From the IMG/VR virus record IMGVR_UViG_3300046673_000114, positions 1-64,000 of that record: a stretch of DNA of 64,000 bases. One strand, given 5' to 3'. The notes under the pieces are model-generated. The model had not been told where the DNA came from. It ran no database searches and saw only the letters and a list, made by a program, of their open reading frames with translations. Numbering within the stretch: position 1 is the first letter of the stretch; each line of letters begins with the position of its first letter. This DNA comes from a virus. The translations under genes were made by a program, and so were the position numbers. Shown here in pieces: positions 40,570 to 49,837 of this stretch.

Positions 40570-41076
40570 ATGCCTAAATTCTATACCGCAGAGGAAGTTA
40601 GCGAAATGAACAGCGCAGAAACTTCCGAAGACCAATCAGACAACGACGCCCCGTCGAACGGAAGCTATGAATCTTCCTTCGAGCATCAGTCTTTTAAGCT
40701 GCAACGCCCGAAGAGAGTAGCTAAGATTCCCGTAGGCGAATACGAAGCAACGATTTCTAAGATAAAACAAACTCGAGAGCCGAGTTATGAAGACCGCGAG
40801 ATTCTTGTTGATAGAGTTGCGGTTCTACTCGAGTTAGACTATAAGTCGCTCGTAACGGGAAAAGAAGAACATGGCTTCGTTCAAAAGAGAATGAATCTAA
40901 GCTTCCACGAGAAAGCTAAACTTTCCGAGTTTCTACGAGCCGCCACTGGCGACCTGCCGGATGAGGTCGATAGCGACGCACTCATAGGAAAGAAGGTTAA
41001 AATAACTATTCTACATAACGAGTCAAAAGCAGGAGATACGTACGATAACGTAGCTAAGTTTTCGAAGGTGAAGTAA
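40570..41076 (+). CDS. Putative single-stranded DNA-binding (OB-fold, DUF669-like) protein
   Basis: IPVGEYEATISKI...LIGKKVKITI...YDNV. Confidence 0.6.
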   Translation: MPKFYTAEEVSEMNSAETSEDQSDNDAPSNGSYESSFEHQSFKLQRPKRVAKIPVGEYEATISKIKQTREPSYEDREILVDRVAVLLELDYKSLVTGKEEHGFVQKRMNLSFHEKAKLSEFLRAATGDLPDEVDSDALIGKKVKITILHNESKAGDTYDNVAKFSKVK

Positions 41077-41345
41077 TGTCTCAGCTCAAATACGACGATG
41101 TAATGGGTAAAGAGGCACAAGATAAGCTAACCGGGCTTAAAGGGATTATTGTAGCCGTAGGGGAATACTATAACGGCTGCGTTCAGTACCTCGTTAAACC
41201 GGCAGAGATAAAGGACGGTAAACGCATCGAGGGCGAATGGATTGATAGAGAATTCTTAGAAATTCTCGGTCAGAAGCTCACACGCGAGAACGTTAAACCG
41301 GCCGGTGGTCCTAGTTCTAGTGACCCGCCGTTGGGTGTTATTTAA
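41076..41345 (+). CDS. Conserved phage hypothetical protein
   Basis: DKLTGLKG...YYNGCVQYLVKP...WID. Confidence 0.55.
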   Translation: MSQLKYDDVMGKEAQDKLTGLKGIIVAVGEYYNGCVQYLVKPAEIKDGKRIEGEWIDREFLEILGQKLTRENVKPAGGPSSSDPPLGVI

Positions 41346-41530
41346 CGTTTCAGGCGGGAAGTCTCCTTCCGAAAGGTGGGAGATGAGAGCCGCTCTTATC
41401 CAACACAAACCTTTATAGTTATAGAAAACAATGAGGAACTATGAAATATCAACTAAGCAAAGGCGCTCATTCCGTCTACGCACTCCAATACCACTTCGTT
41501 CAGTGTGTCAAATATAGGCGCGATGCTTTG
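41346..41530 (+). pseudogene. tnpA: IS200/IS605 left end plus truncated Y1 transposase
   Basis: IS-type hairpin at about 41352-41392; HSVYALQYHFVQCVKYRR, then unrelated sequence. Confidence 0.75.
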
Positions 41531-41625
41531 GTTGAGCCATGGCTCAGTGAGAACGATTATCCTGTCTTGAAAAAAGTAGACGGCGTTCTTAACTGGGAAT
41601 GGGTTATGTGGCAACTTAGGCAATT

Positions 41626-42315
41626 ATGATAGACACAATAATCTGCGGCGACTGCCTTGAGGTTTTAGAAGAGATGCCTGATAACTATGTGGATGCAATT
41701 ATAACTGACCCCCCTTACTCAAGCGGTGCGCGACGTGACGCAAACGCGAATCTGCGACAGGCGCGTCGTCGAGGGGAAGATAAGCGCGCGTTCAGCAATG
41801 ATACACTCACAAGCAAAACGTTCGCGTGGTTTATGCGGGCGTGCGGCTTACAATGGGCGCGCGTCTTAAAACCAGACGGCCATTTATTAATATTTATTGA
41901 CTGGTATCACGGATATAATATAGCAAACGCATTAGAAACGGCTGGGCTGAAACAGGTTAATTTAGTTGTATGGGACAAGCAGTACTTTGGTATGGGGCAT
42001 TACTTCCGCAATCAGCATGAACTAATATTACATTTTTTAAACTACGAACGTCCAAAACCGTTTGCGCAGAACGTAGGAAACGTTATCTCAATAAAACCAA
42101 TCCGTAACGGAATACACCCAACGGAAAAACCAGTTGAGTTGATAGAACGTATGTTACCCGTGGTAACTAATGAATACGACACCGTTCTCGACCCCTTTGC
42201 GGGCAGCGGCACAATCGCAGTCGCATGCCGTCGCAGCAACCGCCACTATATCTGCATCGAAAAAGAACCAGAATACTGCGCGATTGCTGAGAAACGAATC
42301 GCGGAGATGTTGTGA
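41626..42315 (+). CDS. DNA N6-adenine/N4-cytosine methyltransferase (beta class)
   Basis: TDPPY; HPTEKP; LDPFAGSGT. Confidence 0.92.
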   Translation: MIDTIICGDCLEVLEEMPDNYVDAIITDPPYSSGARRDANANLRQARRRGEDKRAFSNDTLTSKTFAWFMRACGLQWARVLKPDGHLLIFIDWYHGYNIANALETAGLKQVNLVVWDKQYFGMGHYFRNQHELILHFLNYERPKPFAQNVGNVISIKPIRNGIHPTEKPVELIERMLPVVTNEYDTVLDPFAGSGTIAVACRRSNRHYICIEKEPEYCAIAEKRIAEML

Positions 42316-42407
42316 ACGCGCGATAAAATCGGAATGGAGCGTATTCCAGAATATAAAGAACTAATGATAGAAACAAATAAAAGAACGAACGTGTTAAAGC
42401 ATTAGCT

Positions 42408-42505
42408 GTTATCGGTGGGTTCTCCGTCGCTGGTCAGCTCACCAATAACGTCGACCGCCGACTTACATTCGGTTAGTCACCTCGTAAGCGGCGGTTAACT
42501 TTTAT
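42408..42505 (+). ncRNA. Two-hairpin small RNA candidate, antisense to early-gene translation starts
   Basis: Stems 42408-42449 and 42450-42499 plus a T-run; 42472-42485 is the exact reverse complement of 38789-38802. Confidence 0.6.
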
Positions 42506-42509
42506 TCAT

Positions 42510-42878
42510 ATGAAAAAACAATGCGCGTGCGGGACGGTTTTGCTCTATGCTAAAGAGCGGGGTATTGTTATTCTTCAGTGTCCTAACTGTGGTCGACACT
42601 ATTCTCTTGGATATATCTATAACGAGATAGAAACCTCATTACCGCTCGACGTCACCGATAGAAAAATACTATCGTATCTATGCGCGAAACCGTGTTGCAC
42701 ACCCCTAGAGATATGCGCGCTCTTCGACGACGAAGCACCGTCATATGATACGATTCTACGTAAAGTGCAAAGACTAGCTAGACACGGCTACGTTGAAGCG
42801 CAGAAAAGAAAGAACGGCCGGTGGATTTACTACGCCACCGAAAAGCTAGAGAGTTTAAATCGAGGTGAAAGGCGCTGA
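42510..42878 (+). CDS. Zinc-ribbon plus winged-HTH regulator
   Basis: CACG/CPNCG; DRKILSYL...VQRLARHGYVE. Confidence 0.7.
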   Translation: MKKQCACGTVLLYAKERGIVILQCPNCGRHYSLGYIYNEIETSLPLDVTDRKILSYLCAKPCCTPLEICALFDDEAPSYDTILRKVQRLARHGYVEAQKRKNGRWIYYATEKLESLNRGERR

Positions 42879-42959
42879 GTTGCCACTAAGAAACAGCTTA
42901 GAAAACCCTTTATACGTAACCTTTAAAGAATTAAGCAGCTCATCGCCCACCAAATATAT

Positions 42960-43496
42960 ATGCAAAAACCAAACTTCTCGGAAGACCTCGCATTTTCATT
43001 AGACCCATTACACGCTGAGATGATGGATACATTTTATATCGATTTCTTCGGCGCGATGGGTCTAGAAGTAGTAGAGGTTAAACACATCACCGACCGAGCA
43101 GAACAGAAAAAAGGCTACGATAAGCTCATTAAGCTCGATAACGGGCAGTTTATCCGCGTGGAAGAAAAACGAGATAGATACGTTACAGGAAATTTAGTAC
43201 TAGAGTTATGGTCGGACTCGGATAGAAAAAGAGGGTGGTTGTACACCAGTACTGCCGATTTTCTTTGTTATCATTTCATTAATACGGGAATCACTCATAT
43301 GCTTCCAATGCCGCTATTACGGCGCGCGTGGATGCTTAACGAAAAGTTATGGCTAGACGTCTACGACGAGAAACATATTAAAAATCGCGCATGGACGACG
43401 ATAATACTTCCCGTACCTGTGACCGTTCTTCGTGCTGCGCTTATGGAAGCGATGGAGCACGACCACGTTTTAATAGCTGAGAAGTGTTTAGTTTAA
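42960..43496 (+). CDS. PD-(D/E)XK-type nuclease-like protein
   Basis: QKKGYD...VEEKRD..TGNLVLE...GWLY. Confidence 0.6.
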   Translation: MQKPNFSEDLAFSLDPLHAEMMDTFYIDFFGAMGLEVVEVKHITDRAEQKKGYDKLIKLDNGQFIRVEEKRDRYVTGNLVLELWSDSDRKRGWLYTSTADFLCYHFINTGITHMLPMPLLRRAWMLNEKLWLDVYDEKHIKNRAWTTIILPVPVTVLRAALMEAMEHDHVLIAEKCLV

Positions 43497-43808
43497 ATGA
43501 TTCACCCACGACCTAAACCACTATCGTCATATCCTGCTCACGAGAAAAACAGCCTAGAGCAGATACCGATATTAACCTATGAAGTAGGCGATTTGGCTAA
43601 GATGTTTGCTTATGCTCATCGCTATAGGTTGGTCGATAAAGAGAGAAGTAAAGGCTATAGAATCGAAGCGCGAATAGCCGCTTCTGATGTTATAGCTCAA
43701 ATGGTCGTGATGTGTGAGCGCGAAGGCTGGAATTTTTATGAAGTGAAGAAGCTCGGCGAGGAACGCTTTAGGGAGAAAATAGAGCGGCATAGGCTCTATA
43801 AAGAATAA
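43497..43808 (+). CDS. MazG-like NTP pyrophosphohydrolase-like protein
   Basis: EVGDLAK...SDVI helical pattern. Confidence 0.45.
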   Translation: MIHPRPKPLSSYPAHEKNSLEQIPILTYEVGDLAKMFAYAHRYRLVDKERSKGYRIEARIAASDVIAQMVVMCEREGWNFYEVKKLGEERFREKIERHRLYKE

Positions 43809-44374
43809 TGGCATACAAAGACCCCGAGAAGAAAAAGGAACGCGATAAAGCGTATCACATAGCGAATAGAGAAAAACGAAACGCGTATGCTCGGCAATGG
43901 CGTGAGAAAAATCGAGAGAAACTTTATATAACTCAAAAAGCGTGGCGAGATTCTCATAGAGAGCACATCTTACAAAATAAAAAGGAGTATTATCAGAAGA
44001 ACCGCGAGAAAATTCTAGAACGTGAAAAAGAGCGCTATAACGAGAAGCGGGGTAATCCGAAATATATCGCGAAGCATAGAGAGTACGGTCGTAAGCATCG
44101 TCAAAAAATACGCGATATAGTTATTGCGCACTACGGTGGCGATTCACCCCACTGTATGTGTTGCGGCGAAACAACTCTACAGTTCTTAACAGTGCATCAT
44201 ATTAATGGAGATGGTGCGGCCCATAGGCGCTCGATTGGTAATTCTGGTTTATATGAGTGGATTATAAAGCATAACTATCCTACGGGGTTAGAATTACAAT
44301 GTTGGAACTGTAATCTAGCAAGTTATCAGTATGGGATATGTCCTCATAAAATAAAAGAAGGCGATAAATTTTGA
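43808..44374 (+). CDS. HNH-like endonuclease with helical basic repeats
   Basis: CMCCGE..FLTVHH...QCWNCN. Confidence 0.75.
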   Translation: MAYKDPEKKKERDKAYHIANREKRNAYARQWREKNREKLYITQKAWRDSHREHILQNKKEYYQKNREKILEREKERYNEKRGNPKYIAKHREYGRKHRQKIRDIVIAHYGGDSPHCMCCGETTLQFLTVHHINGDGAAHRRSIGNSGLYEWIIKHNYPTGLELQCWNCNLASYQYGICPHKIKEGDKF

Positions 44375-45363
44375 AAATATTATTTGTATGCAGAAAGCGC
44401 GGCCCCTACGGATACTTATCATCGGGGCTTTTTAATTCGGTGAAGTTTCTCGTCGATATGCTCGACGATATGGGGATAGACTCGAGAATGGTCGACGTGG
44501 TTAATAACAACCAAATCGATAAAGAAGTTAAGTCGTACCAGCCGACTCATGTTATAATAGAAGCGCTATGGGTCGTTCCTAAGAAGTTTAAAGTTCTCAT
44601 GGAACTTTACCCTAATGTGGAGTGGGTCGTGAGACTTCATTCGGACATACCATTCCTAGCAAACGAGGGTATAGCTTTTGAATGGTTATTCGAGTATATA
44701 ACAAACGGGGTAACAATCGCTTCGAATAAAGAAAGCGTGGCTAAGTTGCTTACGAAGGTTCTTCGAACGGAAGTAAAGTACCTACCGAATTATTATCCCG
44801 TCACGAATGAACCCTTCGAGCACGGTGCTAAGCACGGCGACACGCTAAACGTGGGTTGTTTCGGCGCGATTCGCCCCCTAAAGAATCAGCTCGCACAGGC
44901 GTTCGCGGCCATTCGATTCGCCGATGAACAAAATAGAAGACTAAGATTCCATATGAACGTCGGGAGGGTCGAGGCGTGCGGCGAGACAATCGAGAGAAAC
45001 ATACGTGCCGTTTTTAAGAACCTTCCGGGGCATCACGAGCTTATAACTCATAAATGGTACGACCACGACGAATTCACGAAATTATGTAAAAAGATGAATG
45101 TAGGTATGCAGGTTTCTTTTTCTGAGACCTATAATCTAGTTACTGCTGATTTCGTAAACGTAAATGTGCCAGTGGTGGTTTCTAGTGAAGTGCGGTGGGT
45201 TTCTAAAGAGTGCGTAACGAGTCCGAATAACATAGAGAGCATAGTTAAAACGATGAGTCGAGTATTCAACGATGGTAAACTCGTTCGCGCGAATCGTGAG
45301 TTGCTCATTTGGGAAGACGTAAAAACTAAAACCGCGTGGGCGGCATTTTCACTCGAGGGATAA
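44371..45363 (+). CDS. Glycosyltransferase (GT-B, GT4-like)
   Basis: MKILFV; FGAIRPLKN; SFSETYNLV; VPVVVS. Confidence 0.75.
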   Translation: MKILFVCRKRGPYGYLSSGLFNSVKFLVDMLDDMGIDSRMVDVVNNNQIDKEVKSYQPTHVIIEALWVVPKKFKVLMELYPNVEWVVRLHSDIPFLANEGIAFEWLFEYITNGVTIASNKESVAKLLTKVLRTEVKYLPNYYPVTNEPFEHGAKHGDTLNVGCFGAIRPLKNQLAQAFAAIRFADEQNRRLRFHMNVGRVEACGETIERNIRAVFKNLPGHHELITHKWYDHDEFTKLCKKMNVGMQVSFSETYNLVTADFVNVNVPVVVSSEVRWVSKECVTSPNNIESIVKTMSRVFNDGKLVRANRELLIWEDVKTKTAWAAFSLEG

Positions 45364-46682
45364 TGGACGCGTTTAAAGGGCTTATTTCTGAAAAATCCGC
45401 GAGAATAGCGGTAATTGGATTAGGCTACGTCGGCTTATCTACTGCTGTTGCGTTCGCAGACGCTGGCTTTCAAACGGTCGGCGTCACGCGCACACAGAGC
45501 AAAGTAGACACATTAAACGCCGGGAATAGTTACCTACCCGACGTGCAGCGGGACACTATAATTAGCTCACTCGTCGGTAGCGGATTATTAAAGGCAACAA
45601 CTAATGTAGAAGAAGCAGTTGAATGTAGCGATGTTATTATTATTACGGTTCCTACGCCGCTCACGAAGTCAATGGAACCCGACCTAACGGCGATTAAAGA
45701 TGTAGGTAAACAAATAGGTAAAACATTAGATACGGGGCAGCTTATCATCCTAGAATCGACCGTCTATCCCGGCGTTACCGAAGACGTGTTAGCACCACTT
45801 CTCGAAGAATCGGGGCTTAAAGCAGGTAAAGATTTCGGATTAGCCTATTGTCCCGAGAGATATAACGTAGGAGATATAGCTCATTCTATATCGAATACGC
45901 CTCGAATCGTGGGCGGCATAACCGATGAATGGGGTAGCTTAGCGGTAGAGCTGTATCTTCATATTACAAAATACGTGTCTCTCGTTAAGAACATTAAGAC
46001 CGCAGAAGCCACGAAGTTAACAGAGAACATTCAACGAGACGTAAACATTGCCTTAATGAACGAACTAGCGGTAGCATATCCAGAGATGGGGGTTGACATA
46101 GAAGACGTCATAGACGCAGCGAGCACGAAATGGAACTTTAACGTTTATAATCCGGGCGCAGGGGTTGGTGGAGAATGTTTACCAGTTAACGCGTATTATC
46201 TCACCTACCGCGCGCAGCAGCTCGGGCATTATCTCCCACTCATACGAACCGCGCGATTAGCGAATGATGCTATGCCTTATCATGTCGTTAAACTCACACT
46301 CGACGCACTACGACAACATCAGTGTAAGATAGACGATTCGCGCGTAACGGTTCTAGGGGTGTCATACAAACCAAACATTGCAGACCGGCGCGGAAGCCCG
46401 AGCTATGAAGTTATAGATACGTTAAAGAACCACGGTGTTGAGGTGCGCGTTAGCGACCCGTACCTTCCATATAATGAGATAGAAGTTGACGTTCTCGACG
46501 ACACCGATGTAATAATTCTTATGACCGCGCATATGGAATACCTAACGCTCGATTTTAAAGAAATAAAAGAATGGGTAAGAACGCCGATTATCATCGACGG
46601 GCGTCGAAGGCTTAATGGTGAATATCTAAAAAGTTTAGGATTTACGTATAAAGGGGTAGGCGTGGTAAATGGAAGTTATTGA
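45363..46682 (+). CDS. Nucleotide-sugar (UDP-HexNAc) 6-dehydrogenase, WecC/WbpA family
   Basis: GLGYVG; VPTP; ESTVYPG; CPER; GVGGECLP; GVSYKPN. Confidence 0.93.
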   Translation: MDAFKGLISEKSARIAVIGLGYVGLSTAVAFADAGFQTVGVTRTQSKVDTLNAGNSYLPDVQRDTIISSLVGSGLLKATTNVEEAVECSDVIIITVPTPLTKSMEPDLTAIKDVGKQIGKTLDTGQLIILESTVYPGVTEDVLAPLLEESGLKAGKDFGLAYCPERYNVGDIAHSISNTPRIVGGITDEWGSLAVELYLHITKYVSLVKNIKTAEATKLTENIQRDVNIALMNELAVAYPEMGVDIEDVIDAASTKWNFNVYNPGAGVGGECLPVNAYYLTYRAQQLGHYLPLIRTARLANDAMPYHVVKLTLDALRQHQCKIDDSRVTVLGVSYKPNIADRRGSPSYEVIDTLKNHGVEVRVSDPYLPYNEIEVDVLDDTDVIILMTAHMEYLTLDFKEIKEWVRTPIIIDGRRRLNGEYLKSLGFTYKGVGVVNGSY

Positions 46683-47061
46683 ACCGAATCTAGTTACTAT
46701 CCCCGCTGAAGACCAAATCTATGAGCTAATTAAGCTCATTAAAGATAGTCGCGGTAATAAAGTTGATTTTCTAATGGGGCCTCTATGGCGCGAAGATACG
46801 ATAACATATGATGGAAAGCTCGTATCGCGTATCTATCATTTAATAAACCACCATATTTACATTGTGCAGACTCTCGGCGTAGCGGGTAAGAATGTTTACC
46901 TACGTGTCTCAGGCCGTGGAAACGTGAATGAGATTACAAAAGAAGAAGCAATAGAAATAATAGGTCTACGTAAAGGCTACATTGAAGACAGCGACTTAAG
47001 GGATATTGGGCCGAATGATGACCCCGAAATACCATATCTAACATCGACATGCGACTGGTGA
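46669..47061 (+). CDS. Hypothetical protein
   Basis: Overlapping ORF of 130 aa. Confidence 0.5.
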   Translation: MEVIEPNLVTIPAEDQIYELIKLIKDSRGNKVDFLMGPLWREDTITYDGKLVSRIYHLINHHIYIVQTLGVAGKNVYLRVSGRGNVNEITKEEAIEIIGLRKGYIEDSDLRDIGPNDDPEIPYLTSTCDW

Positions 47062-47063
47062 AA

Positions 47064-47645
47064 ATGACGGAAAGGGTTTGTTCTAATTGTCATAAGCCGT
47101 TCGACGAACCTCACGAGTTTAAGCAGTGTGATAGGTGCCGCAAAATAGGGCGCGAAACTAAGCTCAAATGGTGGCACGAAAAAAGAAGAACGGCGGCAGG
47201 TCCCGTGTGCTCAATATGTCTTAAACCACACGACGGAAAATACAAAACTTGTGAGCGATGCCTTAGCTATAAGCGAAAATTTCGTAAAGAGCATCCAGAA
47301 GCCGACAATGAATGGTATCTAGCGCACCGGGACGAACTGCTTAAGAAATCTAAAGAATACCGTGAACAGACCCGCTTGATGGTTTTGACACATTATTCTA
47401 ACGGGGAAACTCCGCGCTGCGCTTGTTGTAACGAACAAAATATTGAGTTTCTTTGTATAGACCATATAAACGGAGGGGGGCGTCAGCATAGAAAACAGCT
47501 AATAAAGAGCGGGATAACCCCGTATCTTTGGCTTGTTAGGAATGATTTTCCAGAAGGTTATCGGGTTCTTTGTTGGAACTGTAACTCATCACTCGGACTT
47601 TACGGATATTGTCCCCACGATAAGGTGCCAAACTGTGATTTTTAA
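47064..47645 (+). CDS. HNH-like endonuclease with CxxC repeats
   Basis: CACCNE..FLCIDH...YRVLCWNCN. Confidence 0.75.
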   Translation: MTERVCSNCHKPFDEPHEFKQCDRCRKIGRETKLKWWHEKRRTAAGPVCSICLKPHDGKYKTCERCLSYKRKFRKEHPEADNEWYLAHRDELLKKSKEYREQTRLMVLTHYSNGETPRCACCNEQNIEFLCIDHINGGGRQHRKQLIKSGITPYLWLVRNDFPEGYRVLCWNCNSSLGLYGYCPHDKVPNCDF

Positions 47646-47980
47646 AATGCAAGAGCTAAGATTAATCGGTGAAGAACTACACGAGGTCCCGATACAGTGG
47701 GAGGGACACATCGGTAGGCTACGTTGTCGAAAAAGTTGTTGGCAGCCTATTCGTGGTATTACGCTTCGACGCTGCTACGATTGTAAAAACTATGCCGGTC
47801 GGACTAAAAAGGTGGTATTTTGCGTGCTAAAAGTAAAAGAGTGAATAGAATAAAGTGTGAGTGTGAGGCGAGCCACAATTTTAATTATATTTACGTTAGT
47901 GGTTTTACGGTAGATGATAAAAAGTCGGGCATCCGGCAGCATTGTGAAAAATGCGTACGCGCACAAAAAGATGAGGATTA

Positions 47981-48502
47981 ATGAATATCTGTTCTCAGTG
48001 TCATAAGTCACACGACGGTAAGTTTAAAACGTGCGAGCCGTGTTTAGACCACACTCGTAAATGGCGAAAGGAGAATCTTAGAAGAAATCGAGAGATAGGT
48101 CTTACGTATTATTATGCACATCAAAAAGAAATATTAGAGAAAGGCCACATATACCGTCAAGTAAATCGAGAGAAAGAAAACGCACGTCAGCAACGGTGGC
48201 GCAAAGAGAATCCAGAACGATTAAAAGAACAGAGACAAGATAAACGATTTATGGTGCTACAGTACTATTCGCGTAGTGATATACCCTTCTGCGACTGCTG
48301 CGGCGAAAAAACATTAGAGTTTCTATGTATCGACCATATAAGTGGAAATGGTAATGAGCATAGGCGCGAAACTAAAAAAGCGCCGATTTATGCTTGGTTA
48401 ATTCAGCATAACTTTCCAGACGGATTTCGAGTTTTATGTCATAATTGTAATCTATCATTAGGTTTTTATGGCTATTGTCCGCATAAGAGTAAAGAGGTAT
48501 AA
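47981..48502 (+). CDS. HNH-like endonuclease
   Basis: CDCCGE..FLCIDH...FRVLCHNCN. Confidence 0.75.
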   Translation: MNICSQCHKSHDGKFKTCEPCLDHTRKWRKENLRRNREIGLTYYYAHQKEILEKGHIYRQVNREKENARQQRWRKENPERLKEQRQDKRFMVLQYYSRSDIPFCDCCGEKTLEFLCIDHISGNGNEHRRETKKAPIYAWLIQHNFPDGFRVLCHNCNLSLGFYGYCPHKSKEV

Positions 48503-48503
48503 A

Positions 48504-49298
48504 ATGGTGCTTAGAAGAGAATATAAGGGAGGGATAGGTCGCGTTTATGTGGATGAGAATGACCGAGAGTACCCCTCAGTAACTACCGTCTTACAGACGC
48601 TCTCAAAGGGGCCGTGGTTAGAACGGTGGCAAGACACGATGCGCGTTAACCACTTTACAGAGACATTCGATAAACACATTGAAAGCCTCGACGGAGATAC
48701 GCGTAATAAAGTAAATAAAGAAAAGGTTCATCGTATCTTTAAAAGCGCACTAGCCGCGCCTAATAATTATAGAGATATGAAGGGCGCACAGGGTGACTTT
48801 TATCATAAGATGCTCGAGTCGTATTTAAAAGACGATAAAGGCGAACATCCGGTAGAGTGGTATCTCGCGCAGGACGAGAGAGCGGAAAAGGTATTAAATA
48901 ACTTTAAAAAATGGGTGTGGAAGACGCAGTTAAAACCGATAAAGGTCGAACATTATCTACACTCAACGAAATACGGTTTCGCTGGAACCGTTGATTTAGT
49001 TGGTACGCAGACAACAAAAGACGGCGATAAGGAGTTAGTTCTAGTAGATTTTAAGACGGGAAGCGTGCAGAAAGACCAGTTGCTTCAATTAGCCGCGTAT
49101 GCTAAAGCATACGAAGAACGATTCTTCTTACGACCTAAACGAGCTTTCTTTTTAAAGGTCGACGTCGATGCGGGGTCGGTAGGTGAACAATTACGGGTAG
49201 AAAATGGCACCCTAGAACAATTATTTGAGCTATATATGTGCTCATTTAGATTATGGTGCTGGCGGAATGATGTTAAGTTTCAAGTGTTAGATGAGTGA
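48504..49298 (+). CDS. PD-(D/E)XK exonuclease (phage Cas4-like)
   Basis: YPSVTTVL; AGTVD; VDFKT; QLAAY. Confidence 0.85.
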   Translation: MVLRREYKGGIGRVYVDENDREYPSVTTVLQTLSKGPWLERWQDTMRVNHFTETFDKHIESLDGDTRNKVNKEKVHRIFKSALAAPNNYRDMKGAQGDFYHKMLESYLKDDKGEHPVEWYLAQDERAEKVLNNFKKWVWKTQLKPIKVEHYLHSTKYGFAGTVDLVGTQTTKDGDKELVLVDFKTGSVQKDQLLQLAAYAKAYEERFFLRPKRAFFLKVDVDAGSVGEQLRVENGTLEQLFELYMCSFRLWCWRNDVKFQVLDE

Positions 49299-49837
49299 AT
49301 TCGATAATTTGGATAGGCTTTCTATCGAGGAATTCAATAAACTATTAAACGATTTAGCGCGTAGTAACATAACGAGTAAAACAAAAGTAAGAGTATATGA
49401 CGCACGATTTACGGTCGACCACACAATTAACACGTGTAAATATGACACTAAGGCTATGCAGAGGCTCGAGCGAAGAGTAGTTCGTGAGAGCTGGAACTTT
49501 AAAGGGGTGTAAGATGGCTAAAGAGTATGTGGTTCAGGATTTAGAAGACGAGAACCGTACCTTAAAAGAAGATGTGGAGTTTTTAGGGGCGATTCACGAA
49601 ACCGATAGAAAACGAATCGAAAAACTCGAAGAAACAATTTCTATACTACGTAGTCAGCTCGAGGACGAGGCCGATAAGAAATGGGAGCTTCAACAAGAAT
49701 TAAATCGACTTAAACCTGATACGGGGATGAAGATATGAGCTGGTTTAGTAATAAGGGAAAAGAATTAAAGATAGTGGAATGTAAAAAAATGCCGGAATTA
49801 ACCGAAGAAGAATAATAAAAGTTGGAGAACATAAAAC

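Noticed and set aside
48504-49298. Cas4 of a CRISPR-Cas locus
   Set aside because: No Fe-S cysteine pattern, no other cas genes and no array; typical phage exonuclease
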